Source of the DNA: Phenylobacterium sp.
Lineage (GTDB): Bacteria; Pseudomonadota; Alphaproteobacteria; Caulobacterales; Caulobacteraceae
Assembly (NCBI RefSeq): GCF_020402585.1
Contig: NZ_JADBZH010000125.1
DNA: 64,000 nt
Reading direction: 5' to 3' (one strand)
The notes beneath the pieces were generated by a model. It was not told the DNA's origin and searched no databases. It saw only the letters and a program-made list of their open reading frames with translations. Positions 30,789-40,716 of this stretch are shown here, one piece after another (the first letter of the stretch is position 1; each line of letters opens with the position of its first letter). Made by a program: the position numbers and the translations under genes.

Positions 30789-30828
30789 GGGCTAGCCCTG
30801 AAGCCGTGCGGACGCAACCGCGCCGTGG

Positions 30829-31818
30829 TCAGCCCTCGTCGGCCGAGCCGCCGCCCTGGCCTTCATCGCCCTCGAAGCTGCGGGGCGCCCGGCGGCGGCG
30901 CGGGGGTCGCGCCTCCTCAACCACGGCCTCGGCCCGCGGGCGGCGCGGGCGCAGGAAGTCGGGCGCCTGGCTCTCTGCGCCATCCTCGCTGCGAAGGGTG
31001 GGAGAGGGCGGTCGGTCCTCCGCAGGGGGCGCGATGGCGCCGCCGCTGGGCTCGACCACGGCCATGGGGTCGCGATCGGGCCTGTCTTCGCGGTTCCGCT
31101 CGGGGCGGTCCTCACGGTCGCGCCAGCGATCCCGGCGTCCGCCCTCAACACGTTCGCCCCGGGGGCGGTCGTCGCGCGGCCGCTCGTCCCTTTGGCGGTC
31201 TTCTCTTTGACGGTCTTCTCTGGGCCGGTCTTCTCTGGGCCGGTCGTCGCGCTGCCGCTCCTCGCGGGGACGGTCGTCCCGGGGCCGCTCGTCCCGCGGC
31301 CTGTCGTCACGGGGCCTGTCATCTCTTTGGCGCTCTTCGCGGGGACGGTCGTCCCGCGGCCTGTCGTCGCGTGGGCGGTCATCGCGGTCGCGGAAGCGTT
31401 CGCGGCGGTCGTCCCGGTCGCGCCAGGATCCCCGGTCGCGGGGTTCGGCCTCCGCCTCTGAAGGCTCAACCTCGACGCCCTCTCCGGGTTCCTCCTCGAA
31501 GTCCACGTCGAAGCCCGAATTGTACTGGTCCCGGCCGATGATCTCGGAAGCCGGCCGGGTGGGCTGCATGGCCCGGATCAGGCGGAAATAGTGCTCGGCA
31601 TGCTGGAGGAAGTTCTCGGCAAGAACACGGTCGCCCGAGGAGGCGGCGTCGCGGGCCAGCTGCTGGTAGCGCTCGAAGACGGTCTGGGCGTTGCCGCGGA
31701 CCTTGACCCCCTCGGGGCCGTTGGACTCCAGGGCCCGGTTCGCATTGTGCTGCTGAGGCTTGCCACCGGCGCTGCGATTGCGACCGCGCTGACGCTTCAT
31801 GCCCTTGAAATCTCTCAT
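30829..31818 (-). CDS. DUF4167 domain-containing protein with a long Arg/Asp/Pro repeat tail
   Basis: N-terminal RGRNR...VRGNAQTVFERYQQLARDA...AENFLQHAEHYFR matches DUF4167. The centre consists of pentapeptide repeats. Confidence 0.85.
   Translation of the reverse strand: MRDFKGMKRQRGRNRSAGGKPQQHNANRALESNGPEGVKVRGNAQTVFERYQQLARDAASSGDRVLAENFLQHAEHYFRLIRAMQPTRPASEIIGRDQYNSGFDVDFEEEPGEGVEVEPSEAEAEPRDRGSWRDRDDRRERFRDRDDRPRDDRPRDDRPREERQRDDRPRDDRPRDERPRDDRPREERQRDDRPREDRPREDRQREDRQRDERPRDDRPRGERVEGGRRDRWRDREDRPERNREDRPDRDPMAVVEPSGGAIAPPAEDRPPSPTLRSEDGAESQAPDFLRPRRPRAEAVVEEARPPRRRRAPRSFEGDEGQGGGSADEG
31159..31392 (-). repeat. In-frame 15-nt tandem repeats encoding (D/E)(D/E)R(P/Q)R pentapeptides (~16 units)
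   Basis: Translation DDRPRDDRPRDDRPREERQRDDRPRDDRPRDERPRDDRPREERQRDDRPREDRPREDRQREDRQRDERPRDDRPR. Looser repeats extend to about 31069..31440. Confidence 0.9.
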
Positions 31819-32053
31819 GTCCTGCCGTTCCGCCGACCCGCCGATTCAAGACGGGCTAGGGCTGTTCTTCTGGCCTGTCCGCCGGGTTCCTCCCGACGAA
31901 GACGATCCGAAGCTGAAAAGTTCCCGTCGTCCCACCCGGCGACTGGCGTTTCGCTTTTCACGGAACGGCCTGCCGGCCCGGGGCCCGATCCTGAGGGTCA
32001 GGCGGTCCATGGCGTCGACGGTTTGAGTGGAGACCGGGAGTCCGTCTAGCGGC

Positions 32054-32923
32054 TCAGCCGTGAGTTTCCAAGGGGTTTTTCATGCCCGTCACGACGCGGT
32101 CGTGGGTCGACAGGTCGGGCAGGGTCTCGACCTCCATGGCCCCCGCCTGCCGGAAGAGGGCCTCGACAGCCATCCTCTGGTCAAAGCCGATTTCCACCAG
32201 GAACCGCCCGCCGGGCTTGAGCACGCGAAGGACCTCCGGCGCCAGGGTCCGATAAGCCTCCAGCCCGTCGACGCCCCCGTCCAGGGCCAGCCGGGGCTCG
32301 TAGACCCGCACCTCGGGATCCAGGGTCTCGATCACGTCGGTGGCGATGTAGGGCGGGTTGGAGACGACAAGGTCGAAGCCGTTGTCACCGAGGCCCGCCG
32401 TCCAGTCCCCTCGCAGGAGGGCGACCCGACCGGCCAGGCCCAGGCGCGCGGCGTTGTCGCGGGCGACGGCCAGGGCCTCTTCCGAGGCGTCCACACCCAG
32501 GCCGCGGCCCGCCGGGCGCTCGGCGAGGATCGCCAGGAGGATGGCGCCCGAGCCCACGCCGAGGTCGAGAAGGCTGAACGGGCGGCCCTCGGGAAACAGG
32601 CGCAGGGCGTGGTCGACGATGACCTCGGTCTCGGGCCGGGGCGTCAGGACGTCCGGGGTCACGCCCAGCATGAGGTTCCAGAAGCCGCGCCGGCCCAGGA
32701 TGTGGCTGACCGGCTCCCGGCGGATGCGCCGTTCCAGATAGTCGTCCAGCCGCTCGACCTGACCGGCGTCCAGTTCGCGGTAGGGGTCTGCGACGATATC
32801 CGCCCGGGTGACGCCACAGGCGGCCTCCACCAGGACCCGGGCGTCGATGACCGGTCCCGGGATGCCCGCCGCCTCCAGCCGGGCCCGCGCGCCCTGCCAG
32901 GCCTGGAGGAGGTTGCGGGTCAC
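32054..32923 (-). CDS. prmC: Release factor glutamine methyltransferase PrmC (HemK)
   Basis: NPPY motif (VVSNPPYIAT) and SAM-binding LLDLGVGSGAI. Confidence 0.92.
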   Translation of the reverse strand: MTRNLLQAWQGARARLEAAGIPGPVIDARVLVEAACGVTRADIVADPYRELDAGQVERLDDYLERRIRREPVSHILGRRGFWNLMLGVTPDVLTPRPETEVIVDHALRLFPEGRPFSLLDLGVGSGAILLAILAERPAGRGLGVDASEEALAVARDNAARLGLAGRVALLRGDWTAGLGDNGFDLVVSNPPYIATDVIETLDPEVRVYEPRLALDGGVDGLEAYRTLAPEVLRVLKPGGRFLVEIGFDQRMAVEALFRQAGAMEVETLPDLSTHDRVVTGMKNPLETHG

Positions 32924-33684
32924 TCGGGATCGCCCGGCGTGCTGCAGGCGTCGCCCACCCGCACGGTCCCGCCGTGGGTGACCTGGACGTAGATTCCGCA
33001 GTCCCGGTGGCCGTAATGCTCGAAGAGGTGCTCCACCAGGGGCATGTCCTTCTTGGCGGTTTCCGGGTCCACCTCGGTGGCGGCGCAGCGGACGATGGGA
33101 GCGAAGACCGTCGCCCGGGCGAAACCGAGCAGGAGGTTGCGGCCCTTCCAGCTGTTCTCGACCCAGGGCGGCCAGCCCTCGACATAGAGGTTGGCCCGAA
33201 AGCGCATGGGATCGACTGGGCGACCGATCCGGGCCTCCAGGTCGCGGACGCTCGCCAGGTTGATGATGGAGACGTGCCCGGCGGGATGGTCAAGGAACTG
33301 GTAGTCCGGGGCCTGCAGCACCTGCACCCCGTCGCGGGCGTCCTCGCCCAGGAGGTCGCGGACCCAGGCGGCGAAGCCCTCACGTCCGGCTCCAGCGCCG
33401 AGGTCGCCGTGGAAGTCGGGGCGACCCGGGGCCGAGGCGGACAGGGCGGTCCCGGCGACGCGGGTGCGGGCCGCCGCCACTACGGGGTGGGCCGCCAGGA
33501 CGGCGAACTTCATTTTCGAGACGTATTTCGGCGCTGCCGGATCGAAGCCGGAGGGGCCGTTCTCCACCACCCAGCGACGGTCCTGGGCGATGGCCCGGCC
33601 GGGAACCAGGTCGGCCTGGGTCAGGGCTTCCGCCGAGAAGCCCTTGATCGGATACCGGAAGAGGCCGGTGATGAGGGCTTCCAT
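32920..33684 (-). CDS. MOSC domain-containing protein
   Basis: N-terminal LFRYPIKGF beta-barrel signature and a MOSC C-terminal half with conserved Cys (IVRCAAT). Overlaps both neighbouring genes. Confidence 0.8.
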   Translation of the reverse strand: MEALITGLFRYPIKGFSAEALTQADLVPGRAIAQDRRWVVENGPSGFDPAAPKYVSKMKFAVLAAHPVVAAARTRVAGTALSASAPGRPDFHGDLGAGAGREGFAAWVRDLLGEDARDGVQVLQAPDYQFLDHPAGHVSIINLASVRDLEARIGRPVDPMRFRANLYVEGWPPWVENSWKGRNLLLGFARATVFAPIVRCAATEVDPETAKKDMPLVEHLFEHYGHRDCGIYVQVTHGGTVRVGDACSTPGDPE

Positions 33685-34760
33685 CAGGCGAACTCCGCTT
33701 CCAGGCTGGCCAGCCGCGCCGCCTGGTCCTCGGCGATCAGCGGGTTGATGATGTCGTCCAGGGACTCGCCCTCCAGCACCTTGGCGAGGTTGTAGAGGGT
33801 CAGGTTGATCCGGTGATCCGTCACCCTCCCCTGAGGGTAGTTGTAGGTGCGGATGCGCTCGGACCGGTCGCCCGACCCGACCTGGCTGCGGCGGGAGTCC
33901 GCCCGCGCGGCGTCAAGGGCCTCGCGCTTCTGGTCGTACAGGCGCGCCTGGAGGACCTTCATCGCCCGGGCCCGGTTCTGGTGCTGCGACTTTTCCGAAG
34001 ACGTCACGACGATCCCGGTGGGGATGTGGGTGATGCGCACGGCGGAGTCGGTCTTGTTGACGTGCTGTCCGCCCGCGCCGGACGAGCGATAGGTGTCGAT
34101 GCGCAGGTCCGCCTCGCGGATCTCGATGTCCACGTCCTCCACCTCCGGCAGGACGGCCACTGTGGCCGCCGAGGTGTGGATGCGGCCGCCGGCCTCGGTC
34201 TCAGGCACGCGCTGGACCCGGTGGACCCCGCTCTCGAACTTCAGCCGGCCGAAGACGCCCTCGCCGGTGATCGAGGCGATGATTTCCTTGTAGCCGCCCA
34301 CCTCGCCTTCAGAGATGGAATCGATCTCGATCCGCCAGCCCTGCAGGGCGGCGTAGCGTTGGTACATCCGGAACAGGTCTCCGGCGAACAGGGCGGCTTC
34401 GTCCCCGCCGGTTCCAGCCCGCACTTCAAGGATCGCCGAGGCGTTCTCGTCGCGGTCGCGGGGGGCGAGGAGCAGGGCGACCTCGTGCTCAAGGTCCGGC
34501 AGGCGGGCCTTCAGGGCCTCCAGCTCGTCCCGGGCCAGGGCGGACATGTCGGCGTCGCCGGACGCCGCCATCTCTTCCAGCTCCGGCGCCTCGGCGCGGG
34601 CCTTTTCGAGGGCCTGGACGGCCTCCACCACGGGCTTGAGCTCGGAATGCTCGCGCGACAGGCGCACGATCTCGGCGCCGTCCGAGGCGGCGGACATGCG
34701 GGCCTCGATCTCGTGGAAACGGCCGAGGACCTGGTCGAGTCGGGCTTGGGGAAGGCGCAA
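33684..34760 (-). CDS. prfA: Peptide chain release factor 1
   Basis: GGQ ([11 protein letters not shown]) and PxT-type recognition region; 358 aa. Confidence 0.97.
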   Translation of the reverse strand: MRLPQARLDQVLGRFHEIEARMSAASDGAEIVRLSREHSELKPVVEAVQALEKARAEAPELEEMAASGDADMSALARDELEALKARLPDLEHEVALLLAPRDRDENASAILEVRAGTGGDEAALFAGDLFRMYQRYAALQGWRIEIDSISEGEVGGYKEIIASITGEGVFGRLKFESGVHRVQRVPETEAGGRIHTSAATVAVLPEVEDVDIEIREADLRIDTYRSSGAGGQHVNKTDSAVRITHIPTGIVVTSSEKSQHQNRARAMKVLQARLYDQKREALDAARADSRRSQVGSGDRSERIRTYNYPQGRVTDHRINLTLYNLAKVLEGESLDDIINPLIAEDQAARLASLEAEFA

Positions 34761-34889
34761 GGGTCGGGATCTTCAGGGGGGCGGGAGAGGCAGGCTTCTA
34801 GCCCGCCGCGCGCGGCTTGCCAAATCCCGGAGGCTGGCCGGCGATGGGGCGGGCGACCCGCAGGGGGCCGCCCGCGATCCGCGTTCGGA

Positions 34890-35183
34890 TCAGACGCGCA
34901 CGCCGCTCAGCGAGGCGTTGCCGAAGGCGCCGAGCTTGACGTTGCCCGACAGGCTGTCGCCGCTGACGGTGGCTTCGAACTCCAGGGTCATCGGCATCGG
35001 GCTGGTGATGGACGAGGACCAGATCAGCTTGTCGCCGTCGACCTTGCCGGAAATTTCCTGGTCGCCCATGCGGCCCGTCGTCTTGCCGGTGAAGGTGTCG
35101 CCATTGGTGGTGATGGAGGCGTTCACTTCCTGAGCGCCCATCGGGGTGTTGATCGTGATCTTCCAGTTGCCGTCCGCAGACAT
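34890..35183 (-). CDS. Small hypothetical protein (97 aa, beta-rich, no signal peptide)
   Basis: The ATG at 35183 is preceded by AGGAGAGAG. Sequence MSADGNWKITINTPMGAQEV... No family name recalled with confidence. Confidence 0.6.
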   Translation of the reverse strand: MSADGNWKITINTPMGAQEVNASITTNGDTFTGKTTGRMGDQEISGKVDGDKLIWSSSITSPMPMTLEFEATVSGDSLSGNVKLGAFGNASLSGVRV

Positions 35184-35282
35184 GGCTCTCTCCTCTTTGC
35201 GAAGCGGCGCCTCATCGAGCCATAAATGGCCTTTCAAGCGGCGCTTCCGTTCGCCATCGACGGACCCGCCGCGGCAGCCAGT

Positions 35283-36407
35283 TTAGGTGGGGCTCGGGGA
35301 CGCGCTTTCAAGTTCGGCGGCGCGTTGCTCCACCAAGTGCACGATATGGTCGACCATGCGGTCGTTGTCCATCTTGTGGTCGGCCTTGCCGGCCAGGTAG
35401 ACCATGCCGGAGCCCTTGCCGCCGCCGGTGAAGCCCACGTCCGTCATCAGGGCCTCGCCAGGCCCGTTCACCACGCAGCCGATGATGGACAGGCTCATGG
35501 GGGTGGCGATGTGGGCCAGCCGGGCCTCAAGTGTCTCCACCGTCCGGATGACGTCGAACCCCTGCCGGGCGCAGGACGGGCAGGCGATGATGTTCACGCC
35601 GCGGTGGCGCAGGCCGAGGGACTTCAGCAGGTCGAAGCCGACCTTGACCTCCTCCACAGGATCGGCCGCCAGGGAGACCCTGAGGGTGTCGCCGATGCCG
35701 GCCCAGAGCAGGGCGCCCATGCCGATGGACGACTTGACCGTGCCGATGCGCTGGCCGCCGGCCTCGGTGACGCCGATGTGCAGGGGGCAGTCGATGGCCT
35801 CGGCCAGCATCTGGTAGGCGGCCACGGTCATGAACAGGTCCGAGGCTTTCACGCTGATCTTGAACTCGTGAAAGTCATGGTCCTGCAGGATGCGCGCGTG
35901 ATCCAGGGCGCTCTCGACCATGGCGTCGGGGCAAGGCTCGCCATACTTTTCCAGGAGATGGCTCTCCAGGCTGCCGGCGTTGACGCCGATACGGATGGAA
36001 CAGCCGTGATCCCGCGCAGCCTGGATCACCTCACGCACCCGGTCGGGGCTTCCGATGTTGCCGGGGTTGATCCGCAGGCAGGCCGCCCCCGCCTTCGCCG
36101 CCTCGATACCCCGCCGGTAGTGGAAGTGGATGTCCGCGACGATGGGGACCTTGGACGCCTTGACGATCTGGGGCAGGGCGGCGGTCGAGGCCTCGTCGGG
36201 ACACGACACCCGGACGATGTCGGCGCCGGCCTCCTCCAGCTGACGAACCTGGTCGATCGTCGCGGCGGCGTCCGCCGTCAGCGTGTTGGTCATGGACTGG
36301 ACGCTGATCGGGGCGTCGCCGCCGACCTCGACGCTCCCGACCCGGATCTTGCGGCTCTTTCGGCGGACGATGGTGCGCCAGGGGCGCAGGGCGTGGGTTT
36401 CTGACAT
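35283..36407 (-). CDS. ispG: 4-hydroxy-3-methylbut-2-en-1-yl diphosphate synthase IspG
   Basis: Conserved ISVQSMTNT and the C-terminal Cys cluster ACPSCAR...[12 protein letters not shown] at 36407. Confidence 0.95.
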   Translation of the reverse strand: MSETHALRPWRTIVRRKSRKIRVGSVEVGGDAPISVQSMTNTLTADAAATIDQVRQLEEAGADIVRVSCPDEASTAALPQIVKASKVPIVADIHFHYRRGIEAAKAGAACLRINPGNIGSPDRVREVIQAARDHGCSIRIGVNAGSLESHLLEKYGEPCPDAMVESALDHARILQDHDFHEFKISVKASDLFMTVAAYQMLAEAIDCPLHIGVTEAGGQRIGTVKSSIGMGALLWAGIGDTLRVSLAADPVEEVKVGFDLLKSLGLRHRGVNIIACPSCARQGFDVIRTVETLEARLAHIATPMSLSIIGCVVNGPGEALMTDVGFTGGGKGSGMVYLAGKADHKMDNDRMVDHIVHLVEQRAAELESASPSPT

Positions 36408-36448
36408 GGTGGGAGAATAGGGCCCTTGTGAGGGAATCCCAAGGCGGC

Positions 36449-37369
36449 TCAAGCAGGCGGGGGACGTGTCAGGACCGATCCGGGCGTAAGTCCCGCCGGA
36501 AGCACCCCCCTGGACTGGCCGTCGAGGTAGACCGCGATGACCCCGGCCTCCACCGTCTCGAAGGACAGCCCCGGTACAGGGTCGGTGCGGTAGGCTTCTC
36601 CCGCCGCCAGCTGGCGGGCGAACCATGCCGACCGGTCGGGTCCCCAGACGATGAGGGTGGTGGGCCGTCGCGCCTGCAGCACCACCCGACCAACGGCGCC
36701 GTGCACGGCCGCCCGGGGCGTGAAGGTCTGGCCGAGGTCAAGAAGGGTCGGGTCCTCCGACGCCGTCATTCCCGGGGGAAGCGCAGCGGACAACTCGGCC
36801 TCAAGGCCGGGTGTCAGGTAGTGCGGCGGCGCATTGGACTCCACCGGCGCCGGCAAGGGCGCGCCAAGGGTCATGGCGCCGGCGGGGGCGGCCGGTGCGG
36901 GCGCCGCGGCGACGGGGGCTGCAGGCTTGCGTCCCTCCTCGTTCAGCGTTCCCCGACGGACCAGGTTCCAGGCGAGAATGGCTGACAGGATCAGCAGGCC
37001 CGCAAGAATCATGAGTCTCAGGCGCGGGTCAGCCATCCGGCGAACGCCTACGGGTGGCCTGAGGGCGTCATTGCGGTCCGGGTCGTCGGCCTTGAAGCGG
37101 GCGATGGCGACGTCGCCAGGGAAGCCCAGGGCCTGAGCGTAGGCGCGGATGTAGCCGATCGTGAAGGGACGACTTGGCAGGTCCTTCAGGCGGAGGGCCT
37201 CGATGGCCTCCACGTAAGCCGGTCGGATCCGAGTTCGCGCCACGATATCGGCGATGCCGAGACCGCGGGCCTCCCGGACGGCGCGCAAGGCTTCCCCGAT
37301 ATGCTCTCCAGACTGCAGGTCTGGCGCGGGCGCTGCCGTCCCGGCGTCCCTCTCACCTTCCTCAGCCAT
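36449..37369 (-). CDS. Helix-turn-helix domain protein, RodZ-like (HTH + TM + DUF4115-type C-terminus)
   Basis: [37 protein letters not shown] and a TM segment [18 protein letters not shown]. The ATG at 37369 has an upstream GGAGGA. Confidence 0.75.
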   Translation of the reverse strand: MAEEGERDAGTAAPAPDLQSGEHIGEALRAVREARGLGIADIVARTRIRPAYVEAIEALRLKDLPSRPFTIGYIRAYAQALGFPGDVAIARFKADDPDRNDALRPPVGVRRMADPRLRLMILAGLLILSAILAWNLVRRGTLNEEGRKPAAPVAAAPAPAAPAGAMTLGAPLPAPVESNAPPHYLTPGLEAELSAALPPGMTASEDPTLLDLGQTFTPRAAVHGAVGRVVLQARRPTTLIVWGPDRSAWFARQLAAGEAYRTDPVPGLSFETVEAGVIAVYLDGQSRGVLPAGLTPGSVLTRPPPA

Positions 37370-37447
37370 GACGGCGACAATCCTCCGGGCGCGCACCGCC
37401 GATAGCATGACGGGGGAGTGAGGCCAATCGCGCCTCGGACGCCGGCT

Positions 37448-39718
37448 TCAGACCGCCAGATAGAGCTTGCGCGCGAGGGTCTCGACCTCGTTGCGGATGG
37501 AGCCCGCCGTGCTGCGGATCAGGCTCTGGACCCCCCGCCTGGCGGCCGCCCGGTCGCAGGAGAGGACCATCTGCTTGACCGGTCCGATACCCGCCGGGGG
37601 CATGGAGAGGGCCTCGAAGCCCAAGGCCACCAGGACGAAGGCCTCGAGGGGACGGCCCGCCATTTCCCCGCAGACCGAGACCGGCGTCCCGGTCTCGGCG
37701 CAAGCCTTCTGGATCGCCTCAAGCGCCCGCAGGGCCGGTGGCGAGAGGAAGTCATAACGTTCCGAGACCCGCGGGTTCCCGCGGTCGGCCGCGAAGAGGT
37801 ACTGCATCAGGTCGTTCGTGCCGACGCTGACGAAGTCGGTCATGGGCAGGAGGGCGTCCAGGTGCCAGATCACCGACGGCGCCTCGATCATCGCGCCGAC
37901 ATCCAGCCGGGCGGGCTCGGGCCGCCCCCGGCGGTTCGCCCAGGCGATCTCCAGGTCCACCAGGGACCGGGCCGCCCTGAATTCGTCAACGCTGGCGACC
38001 AGCGGGAACATGATCTTCAGCGGCCGTCCCCGCGAGGCGGCGATCAGCGCCCGGAGCTGGAGCCGCAGGAGCGCGGGACGGTCCAGGCCCATGCGAACGG
38101 CGCGCCAGCCGAGAGCGGGGTTATCCTCCCTTTCGGCCTCCATGTACGGCAGGACCTTGTCGCCGCCGAGGTCGAGCGTGCGGAAGGTCACGGGCAGCCC
38201 GCCAGCGGCATCCATGACCCTGCCGTAGAGGGCGGTCTGGGCGGTCAGGCGAGGCATCTCCTCGGCGACCATGAACTGGAACTCAGTGCGGAAGAGGCCG
38301 ATCCCCTCGGCCCCGGCTTCACCAAGCATGTCGAGGTCCACGTCCAGTCCGGCGTTCATCAGGAGCTGGATCTTCGTGCCATCCTGCGTGATGGCGGGAC
38401 GGTCCCTGAGACGCGCGAACTCGGCGCGACGTTGCAGCCGGACGTCCAGGCGGGCCTGCAGCGCCTTGATGACGTCCGGGCGCGGCCGCAGGTAGGCCTC
38501 CGCCGTCTCGGCGTCGACGATGACGGTGTCGCCCTCCGAGACCTTGTCCCGTAGTCCCGCCAGGCGCCCGACACACGGAATATCCAGGGCCCGCGCCACA
38601 ATCGCGGCATGGCTGGCGGTGGAGCCTTCCTCGAGGAGCAGGCCCTTGAGTCTTGTGCGGTCGTATTCCAGCAGGTCGGCCGGTCCCAGGTTCCGGGCGA
38701 TCAGGATCGCGTTTTCAGGCAGGTCGCGCACCAGTCCGGCGTCTCCGGCAAGGTGCCTCAGCAACCGGTCCGCCAGGTCCTCGAAGTCATGGAGCCTTTC
38801 CCGGAGGTAGGGGTCCCTGGCCTGGCCCAGCCTGGCGCGATGCTCTGACCGGACACGCTCCACCGCCGCTTCCGCGGTCAGGCCGTTGCGGACGGCGTCC
38901 TCGAGGGAGCGCCGCCATCCCCGGTCGTAGGCGAACATGCGGTAGGTCTCGAGGACCTCATACGAGGCCTCCACCAGGCCATGCTGGCCCTCCAGCATGC
39001 TGTCGATCTGGGCCTGAAGGGTCGTGATGGCCGCCTTCAGGCGCACTTCCTCGGCGGCGACGTCTTCAGCCAGGAGGTCTGATGGGGCCACCGGCGGTTC
39101 ATGCAGGACCGCGACCCCCAGGGCGAGGCCCTCTGCGAACCGCGCGCCCTTGAGGCGCTCGGGCTTCTTGGGCACCAGGTCGATGTTCTTGAGGGGACCT
39201 TCAGTGGCCAACTCCCCGCCTGCAACCATCTCGGCCAGGACCATCGCGATGATCTGAAGGTCCTCGACCTCGTCCTCGGAATACACCCGCTCAGTCCGGT
39301 TCTGGACGACGAGGACCCCGATGACCCTGCCGCCTCGAAGCAGCGGCACGCCCATGAAGGCGTGGAACGGGTCCTCGCCCGTCTCGGGGCGGTAGGAGAA
39401 GGCGGGGTGGTTGGGCGCATCCGAGAGGTTCAATGGACGCCCCAGCCGCATGATCTCACCGACCAGGCCCTCGCCGGGCTTCATGCGGGTCAGGTGCACC
39501 GCGTCCGGGGAGAGTCCCTCCGTGGCGAACAGCTCCATGTCGCCGTCCGCCTGGCGCATGTAGAGCGAGCAGACTTCCGCCACCATCGACCGGGCGATGA
39601 TGCGCACGACCATGTCCAGGCGCGCCTGGACGGGCCCGCCCGAGGCCAGGGCCTCGCGAATCTGCCGGAGCAGGCTGCGCTGCCCCCGCACGGCGAAACT
39701 GGTGGTTGACGTCGGCAA
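37448..39718 (-). CDS. ptsP: Phosphoenolpyruvate-protein phosphotransferase PtsP (EI-Ntr, GAF + EI domains)
   Basis: N-terminal GAF domain, phosphohistidine region GSTASHAAIVARAL and a PEP-utilising C-terminal domain. TTG start with a GAGGAG RBS. Confidence 0.93.
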   Translation of the reverse strand: MPTSTTSFAVRGQRSLLRQIREALASGGPVQARLDMVVRIIARSMVAEVCSLYMRQADGDMELFATEGLSPDAVHLTRMKPGEGLVGEIMRLGRPLNLSDAPNHPAFSYRPETGEDPFHAFMGVPLLRGGRVIGVLVVQNRTERVYSEDEVEDLQIIAMVLAEMVAGGELATEGPLKNIDLVPKKPERLKGARFAEGLALGVAVLHEPPVAPSDLLAEDVAAEEVRLKAAITTLQAQIDSMLEGQHGLVEASYEVLETYRMFAYDRGWRRSLEDAVRNGLTAEAAVERVRSEHRARLGQARDPYLRERLHDFEDLADRLLRHLAGDAGLVRDLPENAILIARNLGPADLLEYDRTRLKGLLLEEGSTASHAAIVARALDIPCVGRLAGLRDKVSEGDTVIVDAETAEAYLRPRPDVIKALQARLDVRLQRRAEFARLRDRPAITQDGTKIQLLMNAGLDVDLDMLGEAGAEGIGLFRTEFQFMVAEEMPRLTAQTALYGRVMDAAGGLPVTFRTLDLGGDKVLPYMEAEREDNPALGWRAVRMGLDRPALLRLQLRALIAASRGRPLKIMFPLVASVDEFRAARSLVDLEIAWANRRGRPEPARLDVGAMIEAPSVIWHLDALLPMTDFVSVGTNDLMQYLFAADRGNPRVSERYDFLSPPALRALEAIQKACAETGTPVSVCGEMAGRPLEAFVLVALGFEALSMPPAGIGPVKQMVLSCDRAAARRGVQSLIRSTAGSIRNEVETLARKLYLAV

Positions 39719-39852
39719 TAGCTCCTCGCGACAGGGGGAAAACCAATGTCCTCAACGCCTTCCTAGCAGGAAGGGGTGACAGAACGGAAAACAATTGCCC
39801 GTGCGGACGGCGGTCAGCCGCCCGACGCCTCTTCTTTGGGCGGGACCTTGTC

Positions 39853-40590
39853 CTAAGGACAGGTCACGGGCGCCGCCTTGGAAATCTCCGACGCTGCAGC
39901 CTTTACGTCCGCCTGGTAGGCGGGCGCCTTCGAGACCCTGTCGTAGACCGCAAGGCCCAGCATGCGACCCGCTGCGACGTCGCTTGGCCAGTGCACTCGG
40001 CAGTCGACGCGATGCTGGCCCACATTCGCACCCCAGGCGCGGATGGCGTCGGAGCGGGCGGGCGCCGCATCGGAGAGGGCGAGGGCCAGAAGCCAGCCAA
40101 TTCCGGCGTGGCCGCTCGGATAGGAGAAGCCCAGCCTGTCCCCCTGACCTGCGGCGACGAGGGGATCGCAGGCCGGGCCGCCATCCGCGGTGAAGGGCCG
40201 GGGGCGCTTGTATGCGGTCTTTGCCTGGTCCATCGGAACCACGAAGTCCGTCATCAGGGTCATCATCAGCTTCTGGACCGCAGGGGTCTTCTCGGCGGAG
40301 ACCTCGACGCCGACGGCGCAGGACACAGACTTCATGAAGGCGGCGTCGGGGAGGCGAGCCTCGCGGATCGCGCCTTCCCAGGCGGGACCGTTGACCCCGG
40401 CCCGTGCGGCCGAAGCCGCTGTCCGGTCGAAGGCATCCTGGCTGGAGCCGGCCTCGGGCGGAGGCGGCAGCAACCGCACCGCATCAATGGGCGGTTGTCC
40501 CGCGAGGTAGCCTCCGCGGGTCTGGGCGGTCCCCAGCGTTGCCGGCGCGGCGGCGGCGACCAGGAAGGCGAGGGCAAGGGCAAGGCGCAT
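39853..40590 (-). CDS. Class A acid phosphatase (PAP2 family), secreted
   Basis: Signal peptide and PAP2 motifs KRPRPF, SYPSGHA and RVHWPSDV. Confidence 0.85.
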   Translation of the reverse strand: MRLALALAFLVAAAAPATLGTAQTRGGYLAGQPPIDAVRLLPPPPEAGSSQDAFDRTAASAARAGVNGPAWEGAIREARLPDAAFMKSVSCAVGVEVSAEKTPAVQKLMMTLMTDFVVPMDQAKTAYKRPRPFTADGGPACDPLVAAGQGDRLGFSYPSGHAGIGWLLALALSDAAPARSDAIRAWGANVGQHRVDCRVHWPSDVAAGRMLGLAVYDRVSKAPAYQADVKAAASEISKAAPVTCP

Positions 40591-40716
40591 GTCAGGGCTC
40601 CGTCTGTCGTCCGGGATAGACCCCCAGGGTAAGCGCATTGTCCCCGCGCCGCCACGGCGTCATAATCTCTTCATAAGGCGAGCGATGCGACGCCTCTTGG
40701 ACTGTGGGGGAAACGC

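Noticed and set aside
34761-35282. GC-rich inverted repeats around the small protein gene 34890..35183 as terminators
   Set aside because: The stems have long loops (13-27 nt) and no U-tract on the relevant strand. They are indistinguishable from chance palindromes in GC-rich DNA.
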